Source: Methanobacteriota archaeon | Lineage (GTDB): Archaea > Thermoplasmatota > Poseidoniia > Poseidoniales > Poseidoniaceae | Reading direction: 5' to 3' | NCBI GenBank assembly: GCA_009937025.1 | Contig: JAACDG010000164.1 | Location: 85-64,084, forward strand | DNA length: 64,000 nt | Part shown: positions 27,638 through 39,011 of the stretch, piece after piece | Numbering within the stretch: position 1 is the first letter of the stretch | Layout of the letters: each line of letters opens with the position of its first letter | Program-made: the position numbers and the translations under genes | Notes under the pieces: model-generated | What the model was told of the DNA's origin: nothing | The model's database searches: none | Seen by the model: the letters and a program-made list of their open reading frames with translations, nothing else

Positions 27638-30600
27638 TCAGAGACTGACCCAATCAATAATGATTTGACCGTTTGCATTCAATCCAACAACAGGTTTGAA
27701 ACCGTCATGAGGCGTAATTTCAATCGATTTCAAAATCGCTTCTAACTTACCTGGAGGCAGGCGGATTTCAAACCCTTGTGAGGTTGAAATTGTTTCAGGC
27801 ATTGGGACGAATACTTCCTCGACAACAACTTCTTCGACTTCTTCGGCCTCTTCTTCAACGATTTCAAAAACTTCTTCAACTTCTTCAACTTCTTCGGCCT
27901 GTCCTTTAACGATTTCAGGAAGTTCTTCCCCAGGGGGCAGTTTTTCCACTTCCTTCAAGAGTGAGGCTTGTTGAATAGTTGCTTGAGGAGCCTGTTGAAC
28001 TTCACCTGTTTCATAAATTCCATCATCATCATCCAACCTTTGCATGGTGAGGAATCCCCAACCTAAAGCAATCAAACCGACTCCAACAAATGAAAGTGCT
28101 TGCATTGTTGTGCTGTCAACATCAATACTGAAGGCGACAAAGGAAAGAATTGAGCCGTAGCCTCCAAGAATTCGTCTCCAACGTGCTTCATAATCAGGAG
28201 CATACCCTTGGATACCAATAGCAATGAGAACAACTGTGGTGAGCACCCAAGCCAGAGACCATTGATCAAGTTCACCAAAGGTGAAGAAAATACCAGCAAG
28301 TGCACTCAAGACTCCCGCCATTCCTAATCGGTCAAGGAAGTCAAGGAAGTCATCATCATTGTCCCATTCAAAGAATTCGAACTCATACACTTTGTCGTTT
28401 TGTAGGGAGAGCCAAGAAATACTCAACCCTTCAATCAGAAGGAACAAGCCGATTGGAATGCCAATTGGTATTGAATCGATTTCCAACTGTATGATGAGAT
28501 TCGCCAGTGCAATTGCATGAATTGCTGGCACGAAGAACAATGCATTTGCATAGCCCTTGAGGAGAATATCGCGAGTAAGTAATACTGCTCCAGCCAATGT
28601 TCCTAGTCCAAGTAATGCTTCAAAACTGAGAATAAAGAAGACATAGGTAGTGATGTAGAGTGTGTCGACAATCCCTTCTCTCTTTTCTTGTGTCAATTCC
28701 TTGTCTTGTTCATTTGAAACATATTTGAAAAGAAGGTCTTTACTGTTCATTAAGGTAAACGTCAGAGCTGAACATGCTGTAAGCAAAGCACTCCATGAAA
28801 AGGCCATAGTGAAATCATCGAATATTTCTTCATAGCCCATTCCAATCAAAAGGCTAATCATGAATCCAATATGGAGGGCTACAATGGTCTCGAGTTTCCC
28901 ATTGATCCACGAATTAATGATGAGATAGGCAAACATAATTGCTGGAATCCAACCGACGCTTGAACTTGCTCCAATCACGCCGACAAGCGCCCAACCCCAC
29001 ACTCCAAACCAAGGCAACGGTTCACGTTCACTGTTACTTTGTTGGACATATTTGTTGTCCATAATAAGGACATATATCATTTGCAGTGTGATGAAAATTC
29101 CACCCAACCGGGTAAGAGATAAAAATCCAAATTCCACAAAGTCATAGGTTGAAGGGTCGGTCATTTCAATGAGATATCTCGCAATTCCCGCTGATTCGAT
29201 CCAATGAGAATTGACGATGAAAAAGGCTACCGGTGAAAGCATCAATGGCCAAACATGGCGATGTTTGACACATCGTACTGTGACCAAACCTATCATCGAT
29301 AGAATCAGCAATCCACCTGAAGTATCAAGACAAGCCAAACCTAACAGCCCAAGCATGGCCCAAGCATCAGCATTGACCGAAAGATGGTCATCATCAATTC
29401 CGCGTTTCGTGATGAGGCTGTTGACATAAAGCGGTGCACTTAGAATCATAATATCGAACAGTATAGGAATAGGAGCCCAAGAGGTGTTTTCATACTCCGC
29501 TAAATATTGCATTTGGCTTCGCAGTATATTGAGACTGATACTCAGAGGAAGCGCGATTGTGAACAACACCCACACACCGGCAGAACGAACGACAGAGGAG
29601 ATAACATCCATATTTTTTATTTCAAGAACCAATCCCATTATCGGCACAAGGAGAAGCAGTGCCCATGGGTAAGAAATCAATGATTCAGCACCATCCCAAT
29701 CGAACTCATTGCCCCATGGATTTACCATTGTTATGAGACTGAAACTCATCATGAAAAACGGAAGAAGAAGGGAGATACGGGTTAATTGACTCCAACTGTT
29801 CTTTTCAACCCAATTCTCAGTTTCTCTGGCCTCTCCATTATTTGGAACATTCCAAGAGTTGGTTTCAGCATCATATATTGGTGCACTTACAGCAAAACGT
29901 TTTGTCCAATTGAATAACAGACCCAAATCCAATTCAATTTCCCGAGATGCATAGAGTGCCCAATACCCCAATGCTCCAAGAATAAAGATTTGATAATTGA
30001 AATATTCAGGCAATGGTACTTGTTCAAAAGCCACAGGAACATCGATGCGGTCGAGGATGGTGAGGATAATCATCGAAGTAAAGGCGATGAACGATACAAG
30101 GGTCGCTTGCATTTTCTCCTCCCAAGAACTGTCGATCGTAAGGTTGCTAAACGTGTTTCGTGCAAGATATAGCATATAGCCGATGAAAATCCATGGCATA
30201 AACCAGTCTTCTGCTTGAAGAATAGTTCGAGAGAGAACAAGTGAACCAAGCATAACTAAATGTGTCCATGTCGAAATTTTGTCGTTTTGTCGAGCGAATT
30301 CGGAAATACAAAACAAAGCAATCGGAATAATGACTTGCATGCCATCATATCCGAAAGTCTCAGAAAGAGGCGTATTGTTGATATTAGCAAAAACATCGGT
30401 GAAAAAGAAAGCGAGTGCTAATGCGCTAAAGGTGTAATCAGCAACCCATCGCCGGGTTGCTTTAGCGATAAACAACATGTATGGCACCATCAAGAGTGTG
30501 ATGGCCCAAGGAATGACGCTCCCATCATTTGGTAACATGACCAGGGCCGCAGCCAAGCCAATAGGCATCCATGGCACTCTGCGCTGTTGTACTGCTGGGA

Positions 30601-31750
30601 AATAGAATATCAAAACAGCAATCCAAAGAGCGACACTCAGTCCAAAGATATTTTCAATACCTAATTCTGCAGATTTTATTGGTCCAATATGCAAATTTAA
30701 GTTTTCAACATTGGCGATATACATAGCGAAGACGATTTCTCCAACCAGCACAATCGATGCTTTTTGAATTAATTCTGAACGCAATTCTTTTCGAGAGGCA
30801 TAATAGCCTTGGATTGCTATGATGAAGATGAGAAGAGAAATTGCTCCACCTGCGCCGTTTGATTCTGCATTGGTGTTGAATACTTCAAAAAGAATGGGTA
30901 TGAATCCCGAAACAACGGCTACAACGACAAAGTTGAGAGCTTTATTGGACCGCAACGCCATTTCCATGGCTGCAAAGCAAAGAAGAATAAGAGAAAGCCC
31001 CATTTCATAGGAAATGATGTTATCAGTCCATTTCATCCAAGGGCCCATACCTGCAGCAAGCAAGACCAATATCGGGGCATAGGCAGCGACTGCACGTCCA
31101 AAACCAGTGGCGCCTTTGAAGCGTTTCAAAAGTTGAAGTTCAGCAAAAATCAAAGCAAGCATTGCTGCTGTTTGAACATAGATTGCTTTTGCATTTGGAT
31201 GCCAGTCCACCCATGTTCCAGTTGATTCATCAATCCATCCCATGTTATTGAATTGAGTTTGTGAGCCAAAAATGTCAGTCCAACCTTCTCCTGTTACGAA
31301 TCCAATCAACCATCGTGAACCCCAAATGGTGCCCACTGTCGCAAAAAAGAATCCAATCCCGAGCATATAATCTTGAACTTCATACAACACATGGTCATTC
31401 TTTTTACTTTGAGCCTCAATCCATCCAATCGCAATTCCTGCCGATAAAAACCCACCTAAAAACAAGATTAAGAAATCGGAATTCGTTGCGTCATCTGCAA
31501 ATGCTATTTGAAACAGTCCACCCCAAATAGCCGCTAAAGCAATACACATCATTATGAGTTGTGAAAATTTCATCAATGTACGATTTGAATCTGAAATTAC
31601 ACCCCCCGGTGCTCGAACAACCATTGGCTGTTCAATCGGTTTCGAATCGGTAAAAATGGTACCCGTGGGTGTTGGTGTATTGGCTTTTGCCAATAATCCG
31701 TGAGGTTGTTCATTCATTCTTCGAGGTGCAGAACGTCGTGGAGCCGCCAT
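27638..31750 (-). CDS. Very large polytopic membrane protein of unknown function (~1370 aa)
   Basis: Long run of hydrophobic segments (roughly 30 or more) and an acidic tail; start likely MAAPRR (31750) or 31774. Confidence 0.75.
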   Translation of the reverse strand: MAAPRRSAPRRMNEQPHGLLAKANTPTPTGTIFTDSKPIEQPMVVRAPGGVISDSNRTLMKFSQLIMMCIALAAIWGGLFQIAFADDATNSDFLILFLGGFLSAGIAIGWIEAQSKKNDHVLYEVQDYMLGIGFFFATVGTIWGSRWLIGFVTGEGWTDIFGSQTQFNNMGWIDESTGTWVDWHPNAKAIYVQTAAMLALIFAELQLLKRFKGATGFGRAVAAYAPILVLLAAGMGPWMKWTDNIISYEMGLSLILLCFAAMEMALRSNKALNFVVVAVVSGFIPILFEVFNTNAESNGAGGAISLLIFIIAIQGYYASRKELRSELIQKASIVLVGEIVFAMYIANVENLNLHIGPIKSAELGIENIFGLSVALWIAVLIFYFPAVQQRRVPWMPIGLAAALVMLPNDGSVIPWAITLLMVPYMLFIAKATRRWVADYTFSALALAFFFTDVFANINNTPLSETFGYDGMQVIIPIALFCISEFARQNDKISTWTHLVMLGSLVLSRTILQAEDWFMPWIFIGYMLYLARNTFSNLTIDSSWEEKMQATLVSFIAFTSMIILTILDRIDVPVAFEQVPLPEYFNYQIFILGALGYWALYASREIELDLGLLFNWTKRFAVSAPIYDAETNSWNVPNNGEARETENWVEKNSWSQLTRISLLLPFFMMSFSLITMVNPWGNEFDWDGAESLISYPWALLLLVPIMGLVLEIKNMDVISSVVRSAGVWVLFTIALPLSISLNILRSQMQYLAEYENTSWAPIPILFDIMILSAPLYVNSLITKRGIDDDHLSVNADAWAMLGLLGLACLDTSGGLLILSMIGLVTVRCVKHRHVWPLMLSPVAFFIVNSHWIESAGIARYLIEMTDPSTYDFVEFGFLSLTRLGGIFITLQMIYVLIMDNKYVQQSNSEREPLPWFGVWGWALVGVIGASSSVGWIPAIMFAYLIINSWINGKLETIVALHIGFMISLLIGMGYEEIFDDFTMAFSWSALLTACSALTFTLMNSKDLLFKYVSNEQDKELTQEKREGIVDTLYITTYVFFILSFEALLGLGTLAGAVLLTRDILLKGYANALFFVPAIHAIALANLIIQLEIDSIPIGIPIGLFLLIEGLSISWLSLQNDKVYEFEFFEWDNDDDFLDFLDRLGMAGVLSALAGIFFTFGELDQWSLAWVLTTVVLIAIGIQGYAPDYEARWRRILGGYGSILSFVAFSIDVDSTTMQALSFVGVGLIALGWGFLTMQRLDDDDGIYETGEVQQAPQATIQQASLLKEVEKLPPGEELPEIVKGQAEEVEEVEEVFEIVEEEAEEVEEVVVEEVFVPMPETISTSQGFEIRLPPGKLEAILKSIEITPHDGFKPVVGLNANGQIIIDWVSL

Positions 31751-31907
31751 ATCAATCAATGAGACTATTCCCATTGAGGACTTAATGCTTGACCCGTTTA
31801 CAGAACTCAAGAACCTGTATCTAGCATCAATTTTCTTCTTCAACACCACTGCACTTTATTTCAATGGGTTCAAATGCCGGAGGCGATTGGATAGATTTGG
31901 TGAAAAG

Positions 31908-33806
31908 ATGTTTGCAACACGAAAAGCAATAACTTTACTCTGCTTAGGAATCATGGTACTTCCAACTTTAGCTATGGCTGCCCCAGTCTCTATCTCCTCC
32001 GAGTCTTCCGAAGAAGTGGGTTGGTGGGTTGACACAACCGTTGACCGTAACGGCAACGGAATTGGAGACATGATTGAAGTTCACAAAGACAGTCCGTATT
32101 TCCTTGATGAAGATAACACACTACCACTGATTATAGATTTTGACCATACGCCTGGCGAGGTTGAAATCGCCCTGCTTGAGCGTGAAATTGATTTCCAACA
32201 TCAATGGACTCTCGAAGGAATTGATGCATTAGCAGGTCGAGTTCCTGTCGATCACATTCTCGATGCTACTACGCTTCCAGGAGTCGTCATGCTCGAACTC
32301 GATGGTATTCTAACGACCACCAACGGCGATGCTGCGGTTCTTCACGGTGTTGATACGGTGTGGGCAGATACAGGATACGATGGAGCGGGTTCTGCTGTCG
32401 CAATTATTGACACTGGAATCGATGGGGCCCATGCCAGTCTTGATGACTTAGATGATGACAATTCAACCAATGACCCAAAGGTCATAGCATTCTACGACCC
32501 AGTCAACAATCCGAGTCTCGTCAACGGTACTGAAGTCTTCCCATACGACGACCAAGGCCACGGTTCACACTGTGCAGGAACAACCGCTGGAACCGGCGCT
32601 CCGATTTACGAGCATGTTGGAATGGCACCTCAAGCATTCCTTGTCGGCGTCAAAGTCCTTGATGCTGGTGGTTCAGGTTCTTTCGCTGTTGTTATGGCTG
32701 GAATGGAATGGACCGTTGAGAATCGCTACAAATTCAATATTCGAGCAGCATCGATGAGCCTTGGAGGTCCAGGAGCGATTGAATGGACATCTTCGGAAGA
32801 AGACAGCGTGAACCGCTACGCCAATGAAATGATGGCCGCTGGAGTGGCTATCTTTATCGCAGCAGGTAATAGTGCAGTTTCAGCTCAAATCGGAACGCCA
32901 GGTTCTGCTGAAGACGCTATTACTGTGGGTGCCCTCGACAAGAACTCTGCTATCGCAGTTTATTCGAGTCAAGGTCCTACTGAAGAAGGTCGCGTCAAAC
33001 CAAATGTTGCATATGTTGGTAGTAACGTGATGTCGGTTGCTTTCAACACTGGCGACCAATACACCGACATGTCAGGAACCTCAATGGCGACACCTGGAGC
33101 AGCTGGAGTTGCTGCTTTAATGTATCAAGCCAATCCTGACCTTTCACCGTTTGACATTCGTAATATCATGCAGGAGACTGCGACGTACCGAATGTGCAAC
33201 TACATGTTTGCAAACGAGCCCTGTTTGGAAGATCTGATTCCAAAAAATCGCCAAAACAACGTCTATGGCCATGGTGAAGTTCGAGCTCTTGATTCAGTCT
33301 ATGAAGCCGCAGAACGAGATTATGCGTTCGATAAATCCCTCGATATTTCACTCACAACCGAAATTGGAATGGATAATCGAATCCATATGTTCCCTGAAGA
33401 CAGCTTATCCTATTCTGCTCTTGGCGATGTTGACACGGTTCAATGGCGCAGCAACCACCTTCGAGATGATTGGTCGAACATTCACAGTTTTGGCCATGGC
33501 GATAGCAGTGGAACTTTGGCAGCCATTGATATCATTCACCAACTCGAGCACTTACCAGGTACCGAGCTTGAAGGGAACCATACCATTTCGCTTCGTGGAA
33601 TCAAAGCAAATGACTCAGGCGGCCACACATCATCACCGTTGATTTCAGCGAACATCATGCTCATGGATACTGATTCTGCATTCGATACTATGTCAAAAGA
33701 TACAGACAGATTACCGTTCCTCTCTGCAGCTTCAATGGTTGCTGTTCTTGTTCTTGCTGGCGTTGTATCTGGAAGTCGAAGAGACGAAAACCAAGATGAA
33801 AAGTGA
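31908..33806 (+). CDS. Secreted S8 subtilase with C-terminal anchor
   Basis: Signal peptide; DTGID, HGSHCAG, AAGN, SGTSMATP; ends RLPFLSAASMVAVLVLAGVVSGSRRD; GGTGA RBS. Confidence 0.92.
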   Translation: MFATRKAITLLCLGIMVLPTLAMAAPVSISSESSEEVGWWVDTTVDRNGNGIGDMIEVHKDSPYFLDEDNTLPLIIDFDHTPGEVEIALLEREIDFQHQWTLEGIDALAGRVPVDHILDATTLPGVVMLELDGILTTTNGDAAVLHGVDTVWADTGYDGAGSAVAIIDTGIDGAHASLDDLDDDNSTNDPKVIAFYDPVNNPSLVNGTEVFPYDDQGHGSHCAGTTAGTGAPIYEHVGMAPQAFLVGVKVLDAGGSGSFAVVMAGMEWTVENRYKFNIRAASMSLGGPGAIEWTSSEEDSVNRYANEMMAAGVAIFIAAGNSAVSAQIGTPGSAEDAITVGALDKNSAIAVYSSQGPTEEGRVKPNVAYVGSNVMSVAFNTGDQYTDMSGTSMATPGAAGVAALMYQANPDLSPFDIRNIMQETATYRMCNYMFANEPCLEDLIPKNRQNNVYGHGEVRALDSVYEAAERDYAFDKSLDISLTTEIGMDNRIHMFPEDSLSYSALGDVDTVQWRSNHLRDDWSNIHSFGHGDSSGTLAAIDIIHQLEHLPGTELEGNHTISLRGIKANDSGGHTSSPLISANIMLMDTDSAFDTMSKDTDRLPFLSAASMVAVLVLAGVVSGSRRDENQDEK

Positions 33807-33909
33807 ATGATTTGGTTTCGATAATGATGACTCGTCATTTCGTTTTGGAATACTCATTCTTGCTCATTTCCGGAGATGAACTCAAAAGTTAGAACATACC
33901 GGTTTGTTC

Positions 33910-35511
33910 ATGCGCTGGCCCAAAGACCCTTCCGGAAAAGGCCATCCACGCATGAATCGTGTGTATCGCTTCCTTCGTCGATTTTCCAGATCGTTGGTCA
34001 GCATCTGGTTTCGAGAAATCAATATTGTCGATGATGAAAACATTCCTCCCGAAGGCGGCGTAATTTTCATTTCTTGGCATCCAAGTGGACTGATTGACCC
34101 GATGCTCATGCACGCATCATTGCCCGGTAAACTTTCGATGATTGCCAAACATACGCTATTCAAAATCCCAATATTGGGCCGGTTGATTCGAAGTGCTGGT
34201 GCAGTACCAATCGAACGTGCCCAAGACAGTTCAGACAAAACCGGTTCAAAAAATCGAAATAAGAAACAATTGGACTCTGTGGCATCTGTTGTAGCGGATG
34301 GTGGTCGATTGATTATTTTCCCTGAAGGGACGACACATACTGATTCGTCAGTCAAACGCGCCCGTTCTGGTGCTGCTCGTATTCTTCTTGCTGCAATTCG
34401 AAAAGCACATGAAGAGGGAAAGCCTACTCCACATTTGGTTCCAATAGGCCTCCATTATTCAGAATCTCAAACTTTCAGGGAAAGAGCGGCAGTTATCGTC
34501 GAACGGGTCATGGAGTTCGATGCCATTCCAAAAGTGATGGCAGATGAAGAGGAGCAAGACAAACTCGAAAGAGCCTGGGTTTCTTCGGTTACCGATGCCA
34601 TCGGAACTGAACTCAAGCGAGCAAGCCTTTCAAAGACCACATGGCGAGAACGAACACTCATATGGAAAGGTAGAAGTTTAGCTTATGCCGAAAAAATTCG
34701 CCAAACAGGTGGTAAATTGGTTAAACCCACCTATGCTGAATCGGTAATGGGTGCTCGTCGCATTCGGGCAGGGTGGGAATATTTGGCTGAAAATAGGCCT
34801 GCTTTGACAAAACAGTTAGTCGAAGATTGCGACAAACACTTTGAGCAGTTGGAGCAACGAAATTTAGTACCACTGGATGTCGATGCACGTCCTGAACGTC
34901 TTACAAGGGGTGCGTCAGCGAAATTACTCCTCTCTTGGTCATGGGCTGCAGTATGGATGTTTGGCCTCATAACATGGAGTGCGGTTATTGGTAACCTTAT
35001 TCCTTATCGTGGAAATGCACTCGCTGTTAAAATCATGAAAAAGAAAGGTGCTGAACAATCGATTATTGGTACCTTGAAGGTGGTTACAGCCGTGATATTC
35101 TTCCCTCTTTGGTGGATTGTTATATCAGCGGCAATCACTTGGTTGTTGTTGGTTGAAGCCAGCCCAGTGAATGAACTGCTGCAGATGCATTGGTTGTTGG
35201 CATTACTCACGAATCTACCCTTCATTTTGGTCTTCCTCATTCTGTTTATTTGGTGGCCGAATTCAGCGAAACTCCACATGAAGTTATACGCTCGCCTAGT
35301 CATTAAAACACGTCAAATACGCCGGTGGAACGCATGGAAAGTTGATGAGCATAACTGGGATGAATTGGTCCATAATCAACGTCAACTTGCTGGACGATTA
35401 GTCGGTTTAGGAGAAGGCCTCATTCTGCCTGGCGATGAAGATTGGGTCAACCCTCCAGCAGGCAAAGACGATGTCGTCTCGGTAAAAATGAGAAGCACGA
35501 CCACGCTTTGA
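33910..35511 (+). CDS. Glycerol-3-phosphate/lysophospholipid acyltransferase (PlsC superfamily) with C-terminal TM segments
   Basis: HPSGLID (HxxxxD), GAVPIER, IIFPEG; alternative start at 33952. Confidence 0.85.
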   Translation: MRWPKDPSGKGHPRMNRVYRFLRRFSRSLVSIWFREINIVDDENIPPEGGVIFISWHPSGLIDPMLMHASLPGKLSMIAKHTLFKIPILGRLIRSAGAVPIERAQDSSDKTGSKNRNKKQLDSVASVVADGGRLIIFPEGTTHTDSSVKRARSGAARILLAAIRKAHEEGKPTPHLVPIGLHYSESQTFRERAAVIVERVMEFDAIPKVMADEEEQDKLERAWVSSVTDAIGTELKRASLSKTTWRERTLIWKGRSLAYAEKIRQTGGKLVKPTYAESVMGARRIRAGWEYLAENRPALTKQLVEDCDKHFEQLEQRNLVPLDVDARPERLTRGASAKLLLSWSWAAVWMFGLITWSAVIGNLIPYRGNALAVKIMKKKGAEQSIIGTLKVVTAVIFFPLWWIVISAAITWLLLVEASPVNELLQMHWLLALLTNLPFILVFLILFIWWPNSAKLHMKLYARLVIKTRQIRRWNAWKVDEHNWDELVHNQRQLAGRLVGLGEGLILPGDEDWVNPPAGKDDVVSVKMRSTTTL

Positions 35512-35597
35512 TACGAATCATAACTTGGCAATCCCTCAACCAGTGCATACCCTATGTTGATATGCGGGCTCCACCACGTCGCCTTTGGCGACTGATT

Positions 35598-36200
35598 ATG
35601 GTAGGCAGCGAACACATCAAAATGATACCCGCTCCTGACAAGAATATTTGGTCTGCTGAAGTGAATGGGGCTCCTGTGGAAGTCCTCGTCGCTTCGAATG
35701 CAATTCTTCTTGATGTGCTTCGCGACAAAGTCGGGACGCTTGGCGTAAAACGTGGATGCGACATGGGCACTTGTGGCTGTTGTACGGTCATGGTCGATGG
35801 AGCCCCTCGCCTCTCTTGCCTGTGTTTGGCTGGACAAGTTGAAGGCTCTGAAATTACAACGGTTGAAGGTTTGGCAGACGGTGCTCACCTGGCTCCAATT
35901 CAATCGTGTTTTGCCGAATATGGTGGCTCACAGTGTGGCTTTTGTACACCTGGTTTCTTGATAAGCGCCCAAGCACTATTGAATGAGAACGATACGCCGA
36001 CAGAGCAAGAAATCGCCTGTGCAATCGAAGGGAACCTTTGCCGTTGCACTGGCTATCAACAAATCATCGAATCCATTCAAGGAGCAGCTGCGATACATCG
36101 CGGCGAAGTCGCAGCAGCAGCCCCTGCAAGCGATGCTCATCCTGACCCTCATCCAGATGGACCTGATGAGCCAAATATGCCTCCTGGCCACGCTCGGTGA
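35598..36200 (+). CDS. [2Fe-2S] subunit of a xanthine dehydrogenase-family enzyme (HcrC/CoxS-like)
   Basis: GCDMGTCGCCTV...SC, QCGFCTPG, GNLCRCTGY. Confidence 0.93.
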   Translation: MVGSEHIKMIPAPDKNIWSAEVNGAPVEVLVASNAILLDVLRDKVGTLGVKRGCDMGTCGCCTVMVDGAPRLSCLCLAGQVEGSEITTVEGLADGAHLAPIQSCFAEYGGSQCGFCTPGFLISAQALLNENDTPTEQEIACAIEGNLCRCTGYQQIIESIQGAAAIHRGEVAAAAPASDAHPDPHPDGPDEPNMPPGHAR

Positions 36201-36206
36201 TGTTTC

Positions 36207-39011
36207 ATGTCTGGAGGATACCGTCAACAACCCGGGGGTTCTGGCCCCACGACCCGTAAAGACGGTAAGCGCGTAGCAGGAAAGCAAGCATTCCCTCCAC
36301 CTGGCTCTGGAGGCTCCAAGCCAAAGATGGCCACTCGAGACCTTGATTTTATCCCTGAATCGGTCGGTGGAAAAGAACCACAACCTGCCGGCTCCCACAT
36401 CCACGACCGAGTTCGAACAGGAACCAGTGTCGGAAAAGAAATGCCTTTGGTTGATTCAAATGCTAAAGTGACTGGTCAAGCATGGTATGGAGATGATGTA
36501 CGATTGCCCAATGAAGTGATTGGCAAGATACTTCGTTCCCCTCACCATTATGCCAGAATTAAATCAATTGACACAACACGTGTCGAAGCCCTTCCTGGTG
36601 TGCTGGCAGTTGCCACAGGTGCTGACTCTCCTCACCGTTTTGGTGTCCTTCCTGTGACCAAAGACGAACACGCAATGGCAGTCGAGAAAGTTCGGCATGT
36701 TGGCGATTTAGTGGCATGTGTTGCTGCAATTGATGAATCAACCGCACTTGAGGCACTCAATTTATTCGATATTGAATGGGAAATCCTAGAACCGGTATTC
36801 GACCCGAAAAAGGGACTTGAAGATGCTGATGAACCGATTCATTGGCGAGGAAAGTATCATTTGGCAAAAACCAATGTGCAAAAGCGAGTCTTTCAAGAAT
36901 TTGGCGACCGCTCTTTGGTCGAAAAACCTCATGCTGAGTCCCATGGAAAATGGAAAATGGCAGGCGTCCATCATGGTTTCACTGAACCACATGCTGTTGT
37001 GGCTCACTGGGACCCAAACGGCCGATTACAACTTTACACGCCTCAGCAAGTTCCGCATTATACTCACCGAGCCCTTTCGACAGTTCTCGATGTTCCAATG
37101 CATCAAATCAACGTTATTCGAACATTTGTTGGCGGGGGTTTTGGTGGAAAATCAGATCCGTTCCCACATGAAATGTGTGCAGCGATTTTGTCGCGTAAAT
37201 CCGGACGCCCAGTCCGCATCACCTTCGACCGAGAAGAAGTCTACTGGATTAACCGAGGACGGCATCCAAGCCATATCGAAGTCAAGATGACTGCAGATGA
37301 AGATGCTCGAATTTCTGGTTTTGATATCGATGCACTCATCGATGGAGGCGGTTTTGCATCTTTTGGACACGTCACTTCGTATTACAATGGAGTCTTAGCA
37401 ACTGCACCGTATGAATTGGGTTCATTCCATTATACAGGTGCAAGAGTTTGGACAAACAAACCCGCTTCAGGTGCCATGCGTGGACACGGAGCCGTCAATA
37501 CCCGATGTGCTGTTGAAGTCGGTTTGGATGAAATGGCAGAAACAATGCAAGTTGACCCAATCGATTTGCGTTTAGCGAACCTCCTTCCACCACACAGTCG
37601 AACAATCAGTGGTTTTCGAATTACTTCAAACGGTATGCGTGAAGCTCTGGAAAAGGTACGAACAGGTTCAAATTGGGATGAAAAATTCCGTAAGTTGCCG
37701 CTGGGCAAGGGCATTGGTATCGGTTGTGGCTTCTTCATATCGGGTTCAGGTTTGCCGATTCATTGGGACCCTAACCGATTCCCGCATGCAACCGTCCACA
37801 TGCAAGTTGACATGGACGGTGGTGTTACTGTTCACACTGGAGCAGCCGACATCGGCCAGGGTTCGACTACAGCAGTTGCCCAAGTCGTTTCAGAAGTTCT
37901 CGCCCTTCCAATTGAGATGATTCATGTCCGAAGCCATGAAAGCGACACCTCTCCAGTCGATTTGGGTTCCTATTCCAGCCGAGTCACATTCATGAATGCC
38001 AATGCTGCAATTCGTGCTGCGCTCGAGATACGTGAACAACTGCTCAATGCGGCTTGGGAAATGCTTGGCTATCATCCAAACAATTTAGTTTTGAATGACC
38101 GTAGGATATACTACAAACACGACCCAGCAGTGGGAGTATCATACCTCAAAGCACTACATAAAGCCCAGGAGGACAAGGGTGCATTGATTGCAAGCGGTGC
38201 CTACCGCTCTCCACCAATGGGTGGCGTTCACAAGGGTGCTGCTGCCGGTTTGGCACCAGCGTATTCCTTTTCGGCCTATGTTGCTGAAGTCGACGTCGAT
38301 GTCGAAACTGGAATAATTCGTTGTACCAATGTATGGGCCGCTCACGATTGTGGAAAAGCACTCAATCCATTAGCCGTGAAAGGTCAAATCATTGGTTCTT
38401 GCCATATGGGATTGGGCCAAGTACTTTCGGAACAGATGGTCTATGGTCGAACAGGTCATTTGCAAAACGCCAACCTTCTCGATTACAAAATCCCCTCCGT
38501 CCATGAAATGCCTCATGTTGAACCCATCATCATCGAATCGTGCGACCCAGAAGGGCCATTCGGGGCGAAAGAGGCTGGAGAAGGCCCCTTACTTCCAATT
38601 CTACCTGCTGTTGTCAACGCAGTATAGGATGCGATTGGAATCCGTTTGCGAAGCCTCCCTCTTACACCTGATGTGGTTTTCAAAGGTATTGAAAAAGCCC
38701 TCAAGGCTTCAGAATTTGATGATCCAACCGATTTGCCTTCACCAACGCTCTCCTTTAGTTCAATGCAACCAAAATTGGTTGCCCGAGCACAAGAACATAA
38801 AATTCGGGACAAAGCACGTCAACGAACCGAAGATACAAGTCCCTATGTCAATGGAGTTTTGTTTGGGTTTGACCCAACGATTCCATTGGAAGACCAAGTC
38901 GAAGGTTGGCGTACTGCTACTGAACCCGACCCTGAACAACTCGCAGAACTCGGACTTGCAGGCCGTGCTTGGTTGAAGAAAGAACAACGCCAGATGGATG
39001 GTGAGAATTGA
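36207..39011 (+). CDS. Molybdopterin-binding large subunit, 4-hydroxybenzoyl-CoA reductase alpha-like, interrupted by an in-frame TAG at 38625-38627
   Basis: FGVLP, GGGFG, GAMRGHG, PHATV, GAADIGQGS, GSYSSRVTFM, GKALNPLAV, GPFGAKEAGE; the frame continues NAV*DAIGIRLRSLPLTP to a TGA at 39009-39011. Confidence 0.85.

Noticed and set aside
38625-38627. Pyrrolysine or programmed amber recoding
   Set aside because: The position is a conserved Tyr one substitution from TAG, no pyl genes are in the window, and no other gene shows an internal TAG.
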